Virus record (IMG/VR): IMGVR_UViG_3300024331_000152
Span: 32,001 to 96,000 of that record
Direction: 5' to 3' (one strand)
DNA: 64,000 nt
From: a virus
Lineage: Duplodnaviria > Caudoviricetes
Shown here: positions 44,966-54,576 of the stretch, in pieces
Numbering within the stretch: position 1 is the stretch's first letter
How the letters are laid out: each line of letters opens with the position of its first letter
The notes under the pieces: model-generated
What the model was told of the DNA's origin: nothing
What the model saw: the letters and a program-made list of their open reading frames with translations, nothing else
Databases searched by the model: none
Position numbers and translations under genes: made by a program

Positions 44966-46021
44966 ATGCCAAACAATCAACTTGCGCTACCAGACAATTT
45001 CAATCCGATGTCATGGCGCGGTCCAGACGGTAAGCTTAACCGCGAATTCTGGGGCGCGTTACTGGTGGGCGGTTCCATTATTGGGCTCGTCTTGTACTTC
45101 TGGAGCATCTTGCTGCCGTGGCTCCTGAGCATGATGGTGGATACGCTCCACCTGACATTCCTTATCGGCCTGTTTATCAGCATCCTGTATCTCGTGCTTG
45201 GCAAGCGCCCTCGCATGATGTTTCACGTGCTGATCCGCCGAATGACCAGCGTCTTTATCGCGACCTATCCAATTCAGATCATCCAAGAGCAGTTGTCGAA
45301 GATGAAGAAGAAGCGCGCAAAGTTTAACGGGCACATGACCCGCCTCAGCGCAGCTATTCGCCAAGTCAAAGATGTGATGGCTCAGAATGCCAAAGAGGCT
45401 CAGGAAGGTATGGGGCAGGCGCTTCAGGCGAAAAAGATGGCCAGCGCTGCCAAAGATCAGGACGAGCAGTTGCGCATGGAGCTTCAGATGAAGCGCAATG
45501 CGCGCAGGGCTGAGCGGCGCAATCAATCCAATATTGGCTTTTCTGAGCTTCTCAAGAAGTTGCAGAAAATATACAGCACTCTGAGTCGATACGCCACCAA
45601 CCTCGATTTCTTCATCGAGGATACAGAGGACGATATCAAGCAGAAGCGGATCGAGTACGAAACCTCGCAGAATGCAGGCGGCGCAATTAAGGCCGCGATC
45701 TCGATGTTGTCTGGAGACAGCGCGGTCGAGGAGGAGATGTACAGCGAGGCGTACTACCAGATTCAGAAACAAGTCAGCGAGCAGCTCGGATACATGGACG
45801 ACTTCCAGCGCCTATCGCAGAACTTCATGGATGGTATGGATGTCAAGACAGGCGCTGTCGATGATGCTGCCCTGAAGCAGATGGAAGAGTTTGAACATAA
45901 GCTCCTTACGTCTGGTGACAAGAGCCTTGAGATGTTCACGATGGACAAATCTTCAAAACAGGAACCGGTCCTGATTCCCCGCGTGGCGAGCGGCAGCAAT
46001 GATCTCAGTGACCTTCTGTAA
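44966..46021 (+). CDS. Two-TM plus long coiled-coil (PspA-like) protein
   Basis: Two N-terminal TM helices then about 250 aa of heptad repeats. Confidence 0.6.
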   Translation: MPNNQLALPDNFNPMSWRGPDGKLNREFWGALLVGGSIIGLVLYFWSILLPWLLSMMVDTLHLTFLIGLFISILYLVLGKRPRMMFHVLIRRMTSVFIATYPIQIIQEQLSKMKKKRAKFNGHMTRLSAAIRQVKDVMAQNAKEAQEGMGQALQAKKMASAAKDQDEQLRMELQMKRNARRAERRNQSNIGFSELLKKLQKIYSTLSRYATNLDFFIEDTEDDIKQKRIEYETSQNAGGAIKAAISMLSGDSAVEEEMYSEAYYQIQKQVSEQLGYMDDFQRLSQNFMDGMDVKTGAVDDAALKQMEEFEHKLLTSGDKSLEMFTMDKSSKQEPVLIPRVASGSNDLSDLL

Positions 46022-46045
46022 ATCAACAGCCGGGAGAAAGAACCT

Positions 46046-47923
46046 ATGTTTAGCTGGTGGGAAAATTTAACAGGCATCGCCAAGGCTGGGGTCCTCGCCT
46101 TGCTCGGTGTCATTCTCTTCTGGGTACTGCGGCAACCAGCAGTGCTCGCGCATCTACCATCATCCTTTGCCAAAGCGGTCAGCGTCGGCAAAGTCAACAT
46201 GCCCAAGATTGAAGACGCGGCAATCCCCGACGTCAAACCACTCCCATATCCAAGCGATTCGGACGCATCAGTAGGGGCGACTCTGGTTCGCGGCGGGATC
46301 TGGGAGTGGAACGCGCAGCTCGGATTACTCCTCGCGAATGGCGGTAAGACAACCAAGCGCGGATCACAGACGGAGAAGTTTGGCGTCAACCTCTCTCTTG
46401 AGCGGCAGGACGATACTGGCAAGATGCAGGACGGACTCGTAGCCTGCGCTAAAGAGTTAAAGGACGGCGCAAAACAGTGTTCTAACGGCTACAACTTTGT
46501 CGTGATTATGGGTGGTGGTTCACCACAATTCGTTGCCGTAGGAAACAGCAAGCTTCGGGCGGCTGGCCTTGGTCCAGAATGGAACTTCAAAACATTCGGC
46601 GCGGTGGGAAGGTCGAATGGTGAGGATGGTTGCTGGGCTCCAGAGAGCTACAAATCCAGTCCGCATTCGATTGCTAACACTGAGATGAAGGATGCAAACG
46701 GCAATGTATTACCGCAGCATGGCCTTCTGATTGAGGCTGTTGTTCGCGATGACGACTATAACATTTGTGTGAAGCACGCAGGCGACAATGGCGTGCTGAT
46801 CAACCCTGACGAAAAGACGTTTGATCCAAATGCTTTGAATTTTTTGAACTCACAGGACTATATCACCGCTGCGACAGATTACGTGTCGGGGAGTAAATGT
46901 GAGGATCGTAAACTCGTTCAGGACGGTCATCCAACCGGCAAAGACGTGCATGTTTGTGTGAATGGCGTGGCCACATGGTTCCCGGGTGATGAGATTCTTG
47001 CGACCAAGCGCGGCGGACTTGTTCCGATTGCAACGTCACATGACTATCTGATGTCCGCAGTTCTTGTTGGTCCTGCCAAATTTTTGTCGGATAACCATGA
47101 CGAAATCGTCAACTTTCTTTCCGCTGTAGGGACCGCTGGCGATCAAGTCCGCGCCTTCCCTGAGGCCAAGCGGCGGGCGTGCAAGATCTCGGTTGACGTC
47201 TACGATGACAAAGGCGATGGTGGCGACGCTAACGGCAGCTACTGGTGCAAAGGCTTCGACGGCTACACGGCACGCGATGCCACTGGTACCTCTGTACGTC
47301 TAGGCGGCAGCGCTGTGTACGGCATGGCCGATATGCTGAAAGTCTTCGGGATCAAAGAAGGCGCGAACGACGATTACCGCAGCGTATACAACGCGTTTGC
47401 GACCTTCGACAACACCTACTTCCCGACGATATTCAAGAAGACCGTGATCCCGCCAGTGAGCGAGGTTGAGATCAAGAGCTACATGAACGATGCCCGGGAT
47501 CGTCTGAGCGATACAGGTACCTCGTTTGCTGCGGCTCAGACGGTCGATTACAGCTCACAAGCGAACGGTCGGCAGCTTGGAGATGCGAACTACCACATCA
47601 ACTTCGCCACAGGCTCCGCAATGCCGTTACCAGACGGTGTAGCAGAGCTTCAGCAACTTCGCGATTCGCTTGCGATCACGAGTGCGGCGATTGAGGTGTC
47701 TGGCCACACCGACAATACCGGCAACTCTGCGGCGAACGAAGATCTGTCGCGTCGTCGCGCACAGGCCGTAGCAGACTTTCTGCATCGTGCTGCTCCATCC
47801 AGCTTTCCAATGAACCGTTTCCGGATCTCCGGTTATGGCGATCAGAGGCCGGTGGCGAGCAATACGACCACAGATGGACGCGCGCAGAATAGGCGCGTCG
47901 AAATACTACTCCGCAGTAACTAA
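46046..47923 (+). CDS. Substrate-binding-protein-like domain fused to OmpA C-terminal domain
   Basis: N-terminal TM; C-terminal INFATGSA..IEVSGHTDNTG..NEDLSRRRAQAV..GYGDQRP..NRRVEI. Confidence 0.8.
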   Translation: MFSWWENLTGIAKAGVLALLGVILFWVLRQPAVLAHLPSSFAKAVSVGKVNMPKIEDAAIPDVKPLPYPSDSDASVGATLVRGGIWEWNAQLGLLLANGGKTTKRGSQTEKFGVNLSLERQDDTGKMQDGLVACAKELKDGAKQCSNGYNFVVIMGGGSPQFVAVGNSKLRAAGLGPEWNFKTFGAVGRSNGEDGCWAPESYKSSPHSIANTEMKDANGNVLPQHGLLIEAVVRDDDYNICVKHAGDNGVLINPDEKTFDPNALNFLNSQDYITAATDYVSGSKCEDRKLVQDGHPTGKDVHVCVNGVATWFPGDEILATKRGGLVPIATSHDYLMSAVLVGPAKFLSDNHDEIVNFLSAVGTAGDQVRAFPEAKRRACKISVDVYDDKGDGGDANGSYWCKGFDGYTARDATGTSVRLGGSAVYGMADMLKVFGIKEGANDDYRSVYNAFATFDNTYFPTIFKKTVIPPVSEVEIKSYMNDARDRLSDTGTSFAAAQTVDYSSQANGRQLGDANYHINFATGSAMPLPDGVAELQQLRDSLAITSAAIEVSGHTDNTGNSAANEDLSRRRAQAVADFLHRAAPSSFPMNRFRISGYGDQRPVASNTTTDGRAQNRRVEILLRSN

Positions 47924-47936
47924 CCTTGGAGGAAAC

Positions 47937-48245
47937 ATGGCAAAAACCACAGTAGAACAGTTGCAACAAGATTTACAGGCCGCGTGGGAAACAGCATCCA
48001 TCCGCCTAGGCGAGTCTATTATGGCTACCGCAAAAATCGTAGCCGCAGGCTCCGCTCTGACGGGGGAAATAATGTCCCTCACAAAGAAACCCCTTAACCT
48101 GCCAAAGAGGAAGGCAGCAGCAGTGAAAGCTGTACGGAAGCCTCGTCGCAAGCTGTCGGCGGCTGCACGCAAGCGGATCAGCGACGCGCAGAAGAAGCGC
48201 TGGGCAGTATCAAAGAAAATCGCTAAGGCAGCAGCAGCGAAGTAG
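47937..48245 (+). CDS. Histone-like basic DNA-binding protein
   Basis: KPRRKLSAAARKRISDAQKKRWA. Confidence 0.6.
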   Translation: MAKTTVEQLQQDLQAAWETASIRLGESIMATAKIVAAGSALTGEIMSLTKKPLNLPKRKAAAVKAVRKPRRKLSAAARKRISDAQKKRWAVSKKIAKAAAAK

Positions 48246-48531
48246 CAAGGAGAAAAAGAACAATGACGTGGCCGGAAGCAATCTACAAGATCATCGTTGA
48301 AGGTGGTGGCGGGCTGCTTACGGCCATTGTTCTCGTCGCAATGTTTACCGACTTTTTTGAAGGTTTATTTGGATCAAAAACAGTCTACGAAATCCCAGAA
48401 GAGACTCTCGAAATACTGCGAGATCTCGCGAACGAGATGAAGGAATTTATCCCAGACAGTAAACCTCATGTGTACCGCTCCACAATCTGTTCATGGGCGG
48501 CAGCGTTAGACCGGATCATCGACGAGGATCA

Positions 48532-49311
48532 ATGATCAGTAAAATCTTCATTCCGAATGCGAAGATCGACCGCCAGTCATTCGTGATCATAGTGACCGTA
48601 GAGATTTTTATCGCGCTGTGCGCTTGGTGGCAGTCTCCTGTCGCGTTCATTCCGAAGCCGCTGGAAGTATGGCAGGCATTCGGAGATCTCTGGGATCAAG
48701 GGCTCGCTATAAATCTGCTCACGTCGTTGTGGCTGAATATAGAAGCGGTCCTGATAGCGACTGCGATTTCTTTGTTGATTGCGTGGGCGGGAACATTGCC
48801 TGTCTTCCGCGCGCCGGTCATGCTGATCGGAAAACTGCGTTACGTGAGTATGGCTGGACTTCTATTCGCATTCACTCTTGTGACAAACAATGGCCACCAG
48901 TTGAAACTGACAGTGCTGGTCTGGGCAGTGACCGTATTCTTTGTGGTCTCGATGGTTGACGTACTCAGTAGCACGCCGAAGGAGTTCCTAGATCTCGCAC
49001 GTGTGATGCATATGGGACCATGGCGCACACTCCTAGAGGTTCAGGTGCTTGGAGCGGCAGATAAAGCGTTTGATGTCATGCGGCAGAACATTGCGATGGC
49101 GTGGTTAACACTTGCTTTCGCTGAGGCAATCAGCCGCTCAGAGGGTGGCGTTGGGGCTATGCTGGCGACGAGCGCAAAGTATTTTCATCTTTCAGAGATT
49201 GCGGCGTTGCAGATCGTAATTTTCTCAATGGGCCTTGCGCAGGACTATGCGCTGGGATGGTTGAAGCGGGTGTGCTGCCCGTACGCGTTTTTGGTTGTGG
49301 AGGCAAGATAA
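48532..49311 (+). CDS. ABC transporter permease (NitT/TauT type)
   Basis: Multiple TMs, FIPKPLEV, EAA-like EFLDLARVMHMG, AWLTLAFAE..GGVG. Confidence 0.8.
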   Translation: MISKIFIPNAKIDRQSFVIIVTVEIFIALCAWWQSPVAFIPKPLEVWQAFGDLWDQGLAINLLTSLWLNIEAVLIATAISLLIAWAGTLPVFRAPVMLIGKLRYVSMAGLLFAFTLVTNNGHQLKLTVLVWAVTVFFVVSMVDVLSSTPKEFLDLARVMHMGPWRTLLEVQVLGAADKAFDVMRQNIAMAWLTLAFAEAISRSEGGVGAMLATSAKYFHLSEIAALQIVIFSMGLAQDYALGWLKRVCCPYAFLVVEAR

Positions 49312-49577
49312 ATGGCAGAGGTTGTCGGCAGTGGAGATTGGTTCGATCCTTTTGACTCAGCGCTCGACGGATGGAAAAGTGACGCAGGAATCAAAGTAAT
49401 TGGACGAAACACAAGCAACGGCAGATTAAACGTATGGCATTACGACAACGAGGAGACGGCACATAAATTCGCAGAAAATCTTGCGAGGTGGACCGGCGAT
49501 AGTGTTGTCGTGGTTCACATGATTGCGCGTTACAGATCAGAACCACCGAAACCAACAAAATATCCAGCGACGACAAA

Positions 49578-50402
49578 ATGATCGTTCCCTACACATACCG
49601 CGACACAATCCTCAAGCTCGACAACGTCTGTGTCTCGTACGACGGTCGTCCGATCTTGAAGAACGTGTGCGCGGAGATTAGGGACATTTATGTACCCGGA
49701 AAAGTAACAGGGCAAATCGTCGCCTTCCTTGGACCTTCAGGTGTTGGCAAGACGACCCTCTTCCGAAACCTTGCAGGGCTCGAACGTCCAACATTTGGAC
49801 AGATTCTGCTGGCGACGCAGAACGAGTTGGCTCCAGTCAAGGTCGGGCAGGTTGGCGTTGTCGCGCAGAGTTACCCTCTATTCGCGCACAGGACCGTGTT
49901 GGGGAACCTGATGCAGCCACTACGGCAGCATGGCGACAAGAACGCCAAGCAAGTCGCTATGGAGGCGCTGCGGCAGTTTGAGATCGAGGATAAAGCTCAC
50001 CTCTATCCCTGCCAGCTCTCCGGGGGCCAGAAACAGCGTGTAGCGATCTTGCAGATGATTCTCTGTAAAGAGCGGTTAATTCTCATGGACGAGCCGTTCT
50101 CAGGTCTCGATCTGATCAAACTGGAGAAGGCGTGCGAGCTGATCCAGCAAGCAGCAGATCTCGACGAGTTGAACACGATCATCGTGGTGACACATGACGT
50201 GACGGCGGCAGTCTCTATCGCTGATCACATCTGGTTGTTAGGACGTGACCGCGACACGCATGGTGACATCATCCCGGGCGCACGGATCGTCGATACGATT
50301 GATCTTCTGGAGCGTGGGCTCTGTTACGAGAAGGGAGCCATAACAGATCCGAAATTTACCGAAACTATACGCGAAATCAAAGAGAGGTTCAGGACCTTAT
50401 GA
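49578..50402 (+). CDS. ABC transporter ATP-binding protein
   Basis: GPSGVGKT, LSGGQKQRVA, LMDEPFSGLD, VTHD. Confidence 0.93.
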   Translation: MIVPYTYRDTILKLDNVCVSYDGRPILKNVCAEIRDIYVPGKVTGQIVAFLGPSGVGKTTLFRNLAGLERPTFGQILLATQNELAPVKVGQVGVVAQSYPLFAHRTVLGNLMQPLRQHGDKNAKQVAMEALRQFEIEDKAHLYPCQLSGGQKQRVAILQMILCKERLILMDEPFSGLDLIKLEKACELIQQAADLDELNTIIVVTHDVTAAVSIADHIWLLGRDRDTHGDIIPGARIVDTIDLLERGLCYEKGAITDPKFTETIREIKERFRTL

Positions 50403-50705
50403 GCGACGACAACGTTTATACCCTCACTCAGCTCCAACACGCTGAGACCGGCGATGGCCCATGGCGGCTGTACCTCTACGGCAAGAACGGATATCACAGC
50501 CGTGGAACGTGGTTTCGCAAAGGCGAGATGAAGTATCCAGACGAGGAGATCTCGTTTGATGAAGCGCGGGACCGCGAGCACTTTGCGACAAAGGCTGGGA
50601 TGGAGGTTCGCATCACGGACGGCGGTGACATGCTCGTCTTTCACTCTCAGGGCGGCAAGGTTGTATACGGCGAGAATTTCTGGAAAGAAGCGGAGGGACA
50701 CTCTG

Positions 50706-51077
50706 ATGGGATATCGTGACGATTTTCGAGAAGTAGAACGCGACGGCTGGTGGACTCTGCCACGCGTTGCGCTGGCATTCCTCGCGTTGATGTGCGTCAG
50801 CTTCGTACTGACGTTTGTGTCAGATTCGTTCAATCTGATTAGTTACAAATTCTGGGCACCCAAGCAAGAAGCTGCACGCCGGAAGGTCTACGAGCAAACG
50901 AAGTCTTACCGGCAGGGATCTATCCAGAGGCTCAACACACTTTGTACTCAAGTGTCGCAGGCCGACGCAGAACACAGGCCAATGCTCAACGACGTGATTG
51001 ATCACGAATTCGCTGAATGGAACATGGACGACGTACCAGACTACTTGCAGTCATGCCTTGCGAATGCAAGGCGGTAA
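50706..51077 (+). CDS. Membrane protein
   Basis: TM helix then FWAPKQEAARRKVYEQTKSY. Confidence 0.6.
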   Translation: MGYRDDFREVERDGWWTLPRVALAFLALMCVSFVLTFVSDSFNLISYKFWAPKQEAARRKVYEQTKSYRQGSIQRLNTLCTQVSQADAEHRPMLNDVIDHEFAEWNMDDVPDYLQSCLANARR

Positions 51078-51086
51078 AAGGGGATC

Positions 51087-51698
51087 ATGAAAAGAATAGT
51101 GCTACTCACCGTCGCGCTGTTGATTGCGATCTGTATATCCGGATGCTACTCAACCGCCAATCAAAGCAATGACTCCAAGATCGCTCAGCAGCAGGAACGC
51201 AACCTTGCCGAAGGAGATGCGCAGGTACCTCCGCCGTCAATTGTTAATTGGAATGAAAAGCGGATGGTAAAGCTGATTCAGGAGAAGCGGGATACGCCGA
51301 ATCTCGCGACGTGGACATACACCAAAAATATGGATGGGAAGTACACGTTTGTTTGCGAATCAATCGGCTATGGCGTGCCATACAACACGCGTTCGAATAA
51401 CCCTCAACACTACGAGTTCATGACGACGCGAACGGGGGCGTACTATAACGGCAGCGGCGGGTCGGGATTTTTCACTGACGGTCAAGGCAATCGACTCTGG
51501 GGCGAGCACGCCATAGTCGCACAACCAGAGCCGAATGGACTTTTCATTCCAGACTCAGCGAAGGGAACTTGGAACCTCTGTAAAGATCCCAAAACTGGCA
51601 AGCCGGACGTGACGTATCAGGAAGAGGACATTGCGGTCTTTCCGTACAAGCTTCCGGCAGAGATGGTCGAGGGTTATCACGGCGAGCCGATAAAATAA
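51087..51698 (+). CDS. Lipoprotein
   Basis: Lipobox ISGC; SIGYGVPY..QPEPNGLF..GTW..C. Confidence 0.7.
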   Translation: MKRIVLLTVALLIAICISGCYSTANQSNDSKIAQQQERNLAEGDAQVPPPSIVNWNEKRMVKLIQEKRDTPNLATWTYTKNMDGKYTFVCESIGYGVPYNTRSNNPQHYEFMTTRTGAYYNGSGGSGFFTDGQGNRLWGEHAIVAQPEPNGLFIPDSAKGTWNLCKDPKTGKPDVTYQEEDIAVFPYKLPAEMVEGYHGEPIK

Positions 51699-51901
51699 TG
51701 TCTCACGCCGACAGCGCTCTTCTCTGCCTGATGGCGTTCCTGACAATATTCGGTGGTGTGGTGATCGTAATTTTGCGCAGGAGGAGACGATGATTCCACC
51801 GATGTGGGAAAGAGATCCTGAACCTGAACCAGTTTTAACCGCCCTCTTTGCGCTGTGGATTTTGATCCTACTGGTTCTAGCGATACGCGCTTGGTAATTC
51901 C

Positions 51902-52957
51902 TTGGAGGGATCATTGAGTCTGCAAATCATCATAGAGAAGCTGGATACAGCGTGTTGTCCTGAGGATGTCTTTACCGACATCACAAAGGACTACCGCAAT
52001 CTAGCCAAGATCTGTCATCCAGACAGAAACAACGGCGATCCTCTCGCAGAGCAGGCTTTTCAGAAACTGAATGCGATGAAAGAGGAGGCAGACAAGCGTG
52101 CCGACAATAAGACGTGGGGCAAACGCTTGCCGTTGGCGCACTGCGTCCCGCTGGAGATTGGCGCTTATAAAGTAAAGCGCTCGCCTTACATTGGCGACAT
52201 TGCGGATCTCTACCGAGTAGAGAATAAGACGCACATCGTGAAGGTGGCGCGCAGTGCGGATGATAACGATCTACTGCGAGCAGAGCAGCGCGCGCTGGAG
52301 TTGATGAGCACGATTACAACGCCAGTACGTGACGGTGTGCCGCGCCTTCATGACAAATTCCAGATCGACGGAACGTGGAAGCGTGAAGTGAATGTGATCA
52401 CACAGTTTTCCGGATTCTGGACTGCCGCCGAGATCCATTCGGTAACTCATATCGACGACCGCACAATGGTCTGGATGTTCAAACGCATCCTTGCTGTGCT
52501 CACATGGGCTCATCATTACAAGATCATTCATGGCGCGATCTTGCCGCCACATGTGATGTTCTATCCGGATAACGATGGTAGCAATGTTGATCCCCGCAAA
52601 CACACAGTGCGACTTATTGACTGGTGTTACTCAGTAGACTATGAGAAGCGTACGCGGCTGTCTGCGTGGGTACCGGCATGGAAGGATTATTATGCGCCGG
52701 AACTTCTTGACAAGTCGTACGTCGGGCCTGAATCTGACATCTACATGGCAGCGCAGCTCATGATCTACCTGCTGCAAAAAACGCTGTTCATGCCAGAACT
52801 GCAAAAGGTGATTTTGAAGTGCCTTGAGAAAGATCCAAAGAAGCGCTACCGGAAGGCCGGAGATGCTTTGAAGGATTGGACTGAGGCGGCTGTGAAGGCG
52901 TTCGGCCCGCCTAAGTGGCATGAGTTTAATTTGCCGACAACCCCATCCGGGAGGTAG
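51902..52957 (+). CDS. J-domain plus protein-kinase-like protein
   Basis: YRNLAKICHPDRN; GDIADLY, IVKVA, IIHGAILPPHVM, RLIDWCYS, YYAPE, SDIYM. Confidence 0.8.
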   Translation: MEGSLSLQIIIEKLDTACCPEDVFTDITKDYRNLAKICHPDRNNGDPLAEQAFQKLNAMKEEADKRADNKTWGKRLPLAHCVPLEIGAYKVKRSPYIGDIADLYRVENKTHIVKVARSADDNDLLRAEQRALELMSTITTPVRDGVPRLHDKFQIDGTWKREVNVITQFSGFWTAAEIHSVTHIDDRTMVWMFKRILAVLTWAHHYKIIHGAILPPHVMFYPDNDGSNVDPRKHTVRLIDWCYSVDYEKRTRLSAWVPAWKDYYAPELLDKSYVGPESDIYMAAQLMIYLLQKTLFMPELQKVILKCLEKDPKKRYRKAGDALKDWTEAAVKAFGPPKWHEFNLPTTPSGR

Positions 52958-52961
52958 GAAA

Positions 52962-53906
52962 ATGGGCGCTGGTAGTTGGGATAGCGGAGCGTATTCAAGC
53001 TCCAAGTCAACACGTGCTGCAACAGGAACATCGGCATTTGCCTACAGTTCCAGAGCATCGTCTGTGCATGCGGATCTCGATCCCATGCGAATCAACAAGA
53101 AGCCATTCGGCAAGCTGGAGTCACGCGACTCTGCCGATCATCCTGAGTCCAATGCCGTCTTCGTCTGCTTTGATGTGACGGGATCGAATAAGGCCCGGGC
53201 GGTGGATGCGCAGGACCGGCTACCAAATCTGATGGACCTCCTGAACAAGTATCTGGTCGATCCTCAGGTGGCTGTTGCTGCCAACGACGATTACAAAGTC
53301 GAAGGAAAGAATGCGGTCCAGATATCGGAATTCGAGACCGACAATCGCATTGACGATCACATTCAGAAGATCTGGCTGGTCGGCGACGGCGGCGGCAATG
53401 ATGGCGAGAGCTATGATCTACTGCTCTACGCCGCTGCGCGCAAGATGGTGCTTGACTGCGTGGAGAAGCGCGGCAAAAAGGGGTACATGTTCATGTACGC
53501 CGATGAGCCGATCTTCGCCTCAGTCAGTAAGCATGAAGTGAAGGATATCTTCGGCGACGATCTGGAGAAGGATATTCCGATTGCCGAGATCATCGAAGAA
53601 GCACGCCGGAACTTCAACATCTTCATGATCTGGCCAGATCGCGGGTACGATCATGCGCGCAAGCAGTACATCAATCTGTTCGGTGCTGAGTTTGTTCTCG
53701 ATCTACAGCATCCGAATCTTATCTGCGAGCTGATTGCCTCCACAGTCGGCCTTTACGAGGCCAAGGTGACGCCGGACGATGCTGTTACAGATCTCGTAGC
53801 GGTTGGTGTTGGCGATGCTGAGGCTCGGGCTCTGGTGAAACATGTTGGGGCAGCAGTATCCTCTCAGCTTGCAACCTCAGGGGCAGGAAAGGCAGCACGT
53901 CTCTAG
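52962..53906 (+). CDS. vWA-like protein
   Basis: MGAGSW, ESRDSADHP, FDVTGS MIDAS-like, GGGNDGESY, KKGYMF..DE. Confidence 0.75.
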   Translation: MGAGSWDSGAYSSSKSTRAATGTSAFAYSSRASSVHADLDPMRINKKPFGKLESRDSADHPESNAVFVCFDVTGSNKARAVDAQDRLPNLMDLLNKYLVDPQVAVAANDDYKVEGKNAVQISEFETDNRIDDHIQKIWLVGDGGGNDGESYDLLLYAAARKMVLDCVEKRGKKGYMFMYADEPIFASVSKHEVKDIFGDDLEKDIPIAEIIEEARRNFNIFMIWPDRGYDHARKQYINLFGAEFVLDLQHPNLICELIASTVGLYEAKVTPDDAVTDLVAVGVGDAEARALVKHVGAAVSSQLATSGAGKAARL

Positions 53907-54562
53907 GCTCTCTTTCGGGATACCCAAGCGGCAGCACGGCGCAGCCGCTTGGGATCATCTTGAAATTGACCCAGACCCATATTACAAGGCCCACAGAGAA
54001 TACCTCTGACACACTTGCGACAGTATTTACCGTTAGGACAGCAAAGATGAGAATGATCGATAACCCAACCTTTAGCTCCCGGGTCGTGGGTATGGCATAT
54101 ACCGCAACCCTTTTTTACCTGTTTTTCGTACCATTCGACACTCAATCCATGGCGACGAATTCGCTCATGTCTGCGCCCAGCTCTATCTGCGCAATATTCT
54201 GCTTTGCAGCGTGCGCGCGTCTCTGCCAGCGAACGTTGATGAGCGCGTCTGCACCGCGCTCTATGACAAACAGCTTTCTTCATGCCTTTCAGGTAAATAT
54301 CTGGAGAGATCTTGCTTTCACAGTAGAAGCACTGATATTGCTTATTCAATCTTTCATAGCGTATGCCGCGCTTGTTGTAGTGAGAAAGCCTCAGGCCGCG
54401 CTTGCGCGCTGTAGTGGCGCGCTGATTGCGACCCTCTCGGTTTTGCGCTTTACATTTGTCACACGTAGGCATTGTGCCTACTCTGCTAATTCGGCGCACA
54501 GCAGTAATTTTGCATTGTGGACAAAAACCACGATTGCCGATTACGTTCTTGGAATAGGGCAT
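53903..54562 (-). CDS. Endonuclease VII-like homing nuclease
   Basis: CGIC..WVIDHSH.CC..C..CVRGILCGPCNMGLGQFQDD. Confidence 0.85.
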   Translation of the reverse strand: MPYSKNVIGNRGFCPQCKITAVRRISRVGTMPTCDKCKAQNREGRNQRATTARKRGLRLSHYNKRGIRYERLNKQYQCFYCESKISPDIYLKGMKKAVCHRARCRRAHQRSLAETRARCKAEYCADRAGRRHERIRRHGLSVEWYEKQVKKGCGICHTHDPGAKGWVIDHSHLCCPNGKYCRKCVRGILCGPCNMGLGQFQDDPKRLRRAAAWVSRKRA

Positions 54563-54576
54563 GAAAGGAGCTTACC

